Assembly: GCA_003427395.1 (NCBI GenBank)
Contig: BFEA01000034.1
Location: 3,351,655 to 3,403,774, forward strand
DNA: 52,120 nt
Direction: 5' to 3'
Source: Chara braunii
Taxonomy: Eukaryota > Plantae > Charophyceae
Shown: positions 48,001-52,120 of the stretch, piece by piece
How the letters are laid out: the number at the start of each line of letters is the position of its first letter
Numbering within the stretch: position 1 is the first letter of the stretch
The notes under the pieces: generated by a model
Told to the model about the DNA's origin: nothing
Databases searched by the model: none
The model's input: only the letters and a program-made list of their open reading frames with translations
Made by a program: the position numbers and the translations under genes

Positions 48001-50629
48001 AGCCATTCCTTGTGGCATTGCTCTATCTCCAACTACTCCCTTTAACTATGCACCTTTTCAACATTGCAGTCATGTTCAGACCATCCCCCTACTGCCCCTT
48101 TCTACTATGGATCCAAAAAGGGCTCAACGTAAAAACAAGGTCAGAATAAAAATAAAATAAAATAATAAAAAAAATAAAAATAAAAAAAATAAAAAAACTC
48201 GTTTTCCCCCAAACATGCTTTATTGGTAGGGAGTGCTCAGGGGTGCCCGTTAGGCCGTCCCAACCTGCTGAAAAGCAGGTCCGAGTTCAAGCCCCTGCTA
48301 TGATCAGGTGGGGGTACTAAAAAGTATGTCAACTATAACGGATTTTAGTTAAAAGTTAGTTCAATAAAAAAAAAATCTAACAAAAATCAAGCATGTGGGA
48401 TAGGTGGCGGTAAAAAAAAATCATTTCAGACATCAAAAACTACTGGCGCAAGTTAAAACATATGTTTTTTTTCAAGATCTTTATCCCGTCTTCCCCCCCC
48501 CCCCTTTTTCAACAGGCTCTACCAACGAGGCAAGGCACGTCGTGGTGTCATTAGATCTCCACGAGCTGCTGAAACACAGACCCAAACTCGAAGTCGGGTA
48601 CAACAAGGGTGCCATCACCTCCTAAAGGTACAACCCATTGAACAACGTCCCATCGTTTCACACAAATTAACAACAAATATCATAATTCTTATGAAATTTT
48701 TATGTGACAGCAACAATCACAATATACGAGAACTCAAATGATGGTATGAAATTAGGTCAGAACTTTGCACAAACAAGGCCACAATACAAATACAACACCA
48801 AAACTGGTTTTAACCTCCATAAGTCTAAACATTAAAAACAAAAAAAAACTTGATTTTGGCTTCAAAAACCTAAAAATCAGCATCCTCACTCAATAGTTGG
48901 AATGTTACCAGATTTCGCTCTTCGCAAGACTAAAATAAAAACTTGAATCCAAATTCTGCCCATGGAAACCTAAAGTTTTAAACATATTTTTCATAATGGT
49001 AACAACATCATCCTACTGGGGGCCAACTATTTGTCTCTCTGGATGGTACCAGATGCGTCCGGCTAGTACAAAAATGACATCCATTCAGTTGACACACGCA
49101 TATGTATCATTGGGAAAACGCCCATTACTATCGGGAATCAAACTTCAATCTCGCATGTCCATGGGGATGCATTTTTCACACCTCGGCGCGCCAAAGTACT
49201 GCCAGGAGTTTAACGTGGGTCACCTACATAACACAGGGATACTCAAAGTATACTACAGTAATGGATGCCGAAAAAAAAAAAAACACGTGGGTCTTCAACT
49301 ATCTCTTTCTGAAAACTCTTTTTAACCTTTAGCAAAACTCTCATGAACTGGTACTAATTCCTGACAGTTTTTCATATAATACAACCACTTGGAAGTTGTT
49401 CATATGTAGTCTAAACAAACCATCCAGAGAGAAACCATTTATCTAAAGTCCCCTCATGCAGTTCATAGTGAGATGTTGTCTTTCGGATCTTATGTACAAA
49501 GCTCATAATTTTTCAAAAAATTATCTCGACATGATAACAACTTCAATAAGAAATATTCAACAACAATGATACGACTCTCAACAATCATTTTTACATAAAA
49601 TTTCATAATGATTCAAACCAATAATTTTCAATGAATAAGACGCATTTGTGTTATAGAGATGCATCACATCTGTATAAAAAGAAAAATCTCATAATTAATG
49701 AGTTTAAGGTAAGTATATCAATCTACATATATATCATTTCAAATGCACTAGTTCATAATAAAATGTTTAACAAAAGCAGTTTGTAAATAATATAAAAGGA
49801 AGGTCAACCTCTGGTTGATAAAATTTCATAATAAAATCATATAATAATGATTATCACAATAAATTCAAACGACTCAAATAATTTTCTTAATGATAATCAC
49901 TATCACAAAAATAAAAATATTATAAACCAAATGATGTCACGAAGGTTGAAGAATAATATTCAATTGAGGTTATTCAAATAACTAACGTAACCTTGAAACA
50001 ACACTTGGTTGATGATCCTCTGAAATAATACAAAATCAAATAAGGATAATCAAATTAACTCAAAGAAGATGGAGTGTGATCAATTAATCAATCAAAGAAA
50101 TAAAATACCCGAGTATCGTTCCATCAGGGATATCGATAGGTAGCCGCTATCCACGACAACGACGTCAGGTGTTGAGCCCATCGGTTGCTGCCTTTTCGCA
50201 AAAGGCGGAAGTCCTCCCGACAACGTCACGCATGAGTTAAGAAATACAACAGACAACTCGAAGACAACGCGTAAGTAATATTGAGAACCGTCGAGATGGA
50301 TGTGGTTGTGTTTCCACCTCGTCGTTCTTGTCGAGTGTGTCAATTGTACCTCTCATGATCCCTTGCCACAGGACAAGTTTTCACGAAACACAACTCATCT
50401 TTCCCAACGGATTGTCACCACCCTTCACTCCCGGACGTCGGCAAACATCCGAACTCGAGTCCTGTAGATTTTTGCTAGGCTTTTCGGTCATAGGTCTAGT
50501 TTGAATAAACTTTTGGCAGATGCGTCAAATCTCATCAAGTCATTTATTTCGAAAACTTTGTCTATAAAGTTCGGACAACGTCCGACATGAAAAAAAAAAG
50601 ATACCCTTGTAAGGGTTTCTGCTCTAACA
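45029..50629 (-). mobile_element. Deleted / non-autonomous family member (element F)
   Basis: Minus strand starts TGTTAGAGCAGAAACCCTTACAAGGG; short 5' LTR to 50170; PBS; ends CCGATGCGCTCGACA at 45029. Flanks CTGC/CTAC. No gag-pol; start of 3' LTR unresolved. Confidence 0.75.
50150..50167 (-). promoter_or_regulatory. Decayed tRNA-Asp PBS
   Basis: Minus strand TGACGTCGTTGTCGTGGA, 14/18 match, 2 nt after LTR end ...GCTCAACA. Confidence 0.75.
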
Positions 50630-51213
50630 CTACATGAATGGAGGGCCCTGCTAGGACCGAAAGGACTGGACCCCCTTGGGATATGGTAAAGATGAGATCG
50701 GGAGGAGGGTGAATGATACTTTAGGTTGGAGAGTTAGGACAAAAAGAGACTTGGTAGGTGTTGGCAGGAAACATTCCAACGTGAGACTCCTAACCGCCCG
50801 ACCCTAGTTCGAGTGGGCATCCACTTCCAGTATGGGCTCCAAGGTCTAACAAAAGTCCAGATGAGGTTGAAGACACCCTCGGAGGAAAGCCTCATAAGGA
50901 TCTTGTACTTGGTGTATAATGGAGCACCACTTGAAAACTTGCGGATGGTCAGGTAGTAGGGTTGGGCCGCCAGTGGGGAGGGTGACTAACGCAAAGCCTT
51001 AGCATTTTGGCAGTAGCTGCACCTCCCCATCTACTTCCCCTACCCCCCATTGAGTAGCAACAGTGGCTATGTCCAACATTGTCTCATACACCACACACAG
51101 CCCACTTACACTCACACTCACACCAGTGTTGGTCATAGACCCAACTAATACCGATCAGGGGTATCAAGCGGAGTATCACAGTTGATTGGCTCTTAGTGCG
51201 CCACATGCGTTTA

Positions 51214-51270
51214 TGGGGCTCGTACCCACAACCTCCTGAATGCCTCTTACGTGCCTAACCAACTGAGTTA
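51214..51270 (-). promoter_or_regulatory. tRNA-derived A/B-box-like module
   Basis: Minus strand TAACTCAGTTGGTTAGG...GGAGGTTGTGGGTACGAGCCCCA. Confidence 0.55.
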
Positions 51271-52046
51271 GGTCGGGGGGCAATATGCACTCTCTTAATT
51301 TTGAGAGGTAGCTATGCTAGCAAGGGTTCTGTGTATAGGCTTAGGAGTAGTGGTAGGTAGATAGTGAAAGGTGAAATTGAGAGAAAAATATAGCTTAGTT
51401 AAAAAAAAAAAAAAAAAAACCTTGCGGATTAACTCTGTAATGTGGGGTCGGAAGCCGGCGAATAAACAATAGACTGGCCTAGACAAACTAAGCGTACAAG
51501 TGGTCTCAGTTCCCCCTGATACACATGGCAAAATCTCGGGGCGCTGGACCATACACTTGTCTGATCTCACTCCTCCAACCGAACAAGAAGTTACCAGACT
51601 CTGGATACAACTCAAAGCAGTTGCCTACCAGGAACTTGCCTCCTCATTGTGGCTGCAATCACACCTGGTAGTCCCTACTGCCAAGAGCCTCGTTGAGAAC
51701 GGTATGCAGGTCAGACCTTTTTGTGATCGGTTCACAGCCCGTCCGGGTTGCATTTTCACCCCTCAGTCAATTTCATTGTCATTCATTCCACTGGTCATCT
51801 GCTTGGGTCCAACGGTAGTTGGAAAGGTGGTGAATTTGCTGAGGGGTAATTCATGGGGAACGGGCGATTGTTGCTTGAGGAGGACCGATAGCTGCCTGTG
51901 GGAGGCCGAGGAGGCCGCTTTCCTCGAACAGAAGGACACTTAAAATAAACTGCGTAGGTGTTGTATTCAAATAGAACATTACCTTTTTTTTTCCTTTCGA
52001 GGTTAGTGTATGGCCTTGTGCTCCGCCACTGACATGCTGCGTGCTG

Positions 52047-52051
<5 letters not shown>

Positions 52052-52120
<69 letters not shown>
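52052..52120. repeat. (CT)n microsatellite
   Basis: CT run to window end. Confidence 0.97.

Noticed and set aside
48230-48300. Functional tRNA gene with long variable arm (ACCTGC-TGAAAA-GCAGGT, GAGTTCAAGCCC)
   Set aside because: No consistent acceptor, D or anticodon stems; at most a decayed tRNA-like piece.
51500-51943. 147-aa ORF as host gene exon
   Set aside because: No recognisable domain on either strand and no supported exon structure.

Overview
Eukaryotic, repeat-dense window with no recognisable host gene; the style resembles a streptophyte alga or plant genome such as Chara (inference only). It is a nested stack of one Ty3/Gypsy LTR-retrotransposon family with very long LTRs. A degenerate full-length element spans 4279-44908: 5' LTR 4279-17923 (split), tRNA-Asp PBS, decayed gag-PR-RT-RH-IN, a decayed extra 3' ORF, PPT, and 3' LTR 38410-44908. 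It contains two ~7.6-kb solo LTRs (10205-17837 minus; 24873-32508 plus) and several MITE-like inserts. It sits inside an older relative (LTR end + PBS at 2171-2385), and another relative lies at 45029-50629 (minus). All four LTR-element insertions show apparent 4-bp target duplications. The most unusual signal is non-coding: the LTRs carry arrays of ~8-13 hairpins with a conserved, subfamily-specific loop closed by stems that differ between units yet still pair. They also carry a covarying stem-loop module near the LTR 3' end and tRNA-like Pol III box pairs. All alignments and folds were done by eye, so boundaries are approximate.
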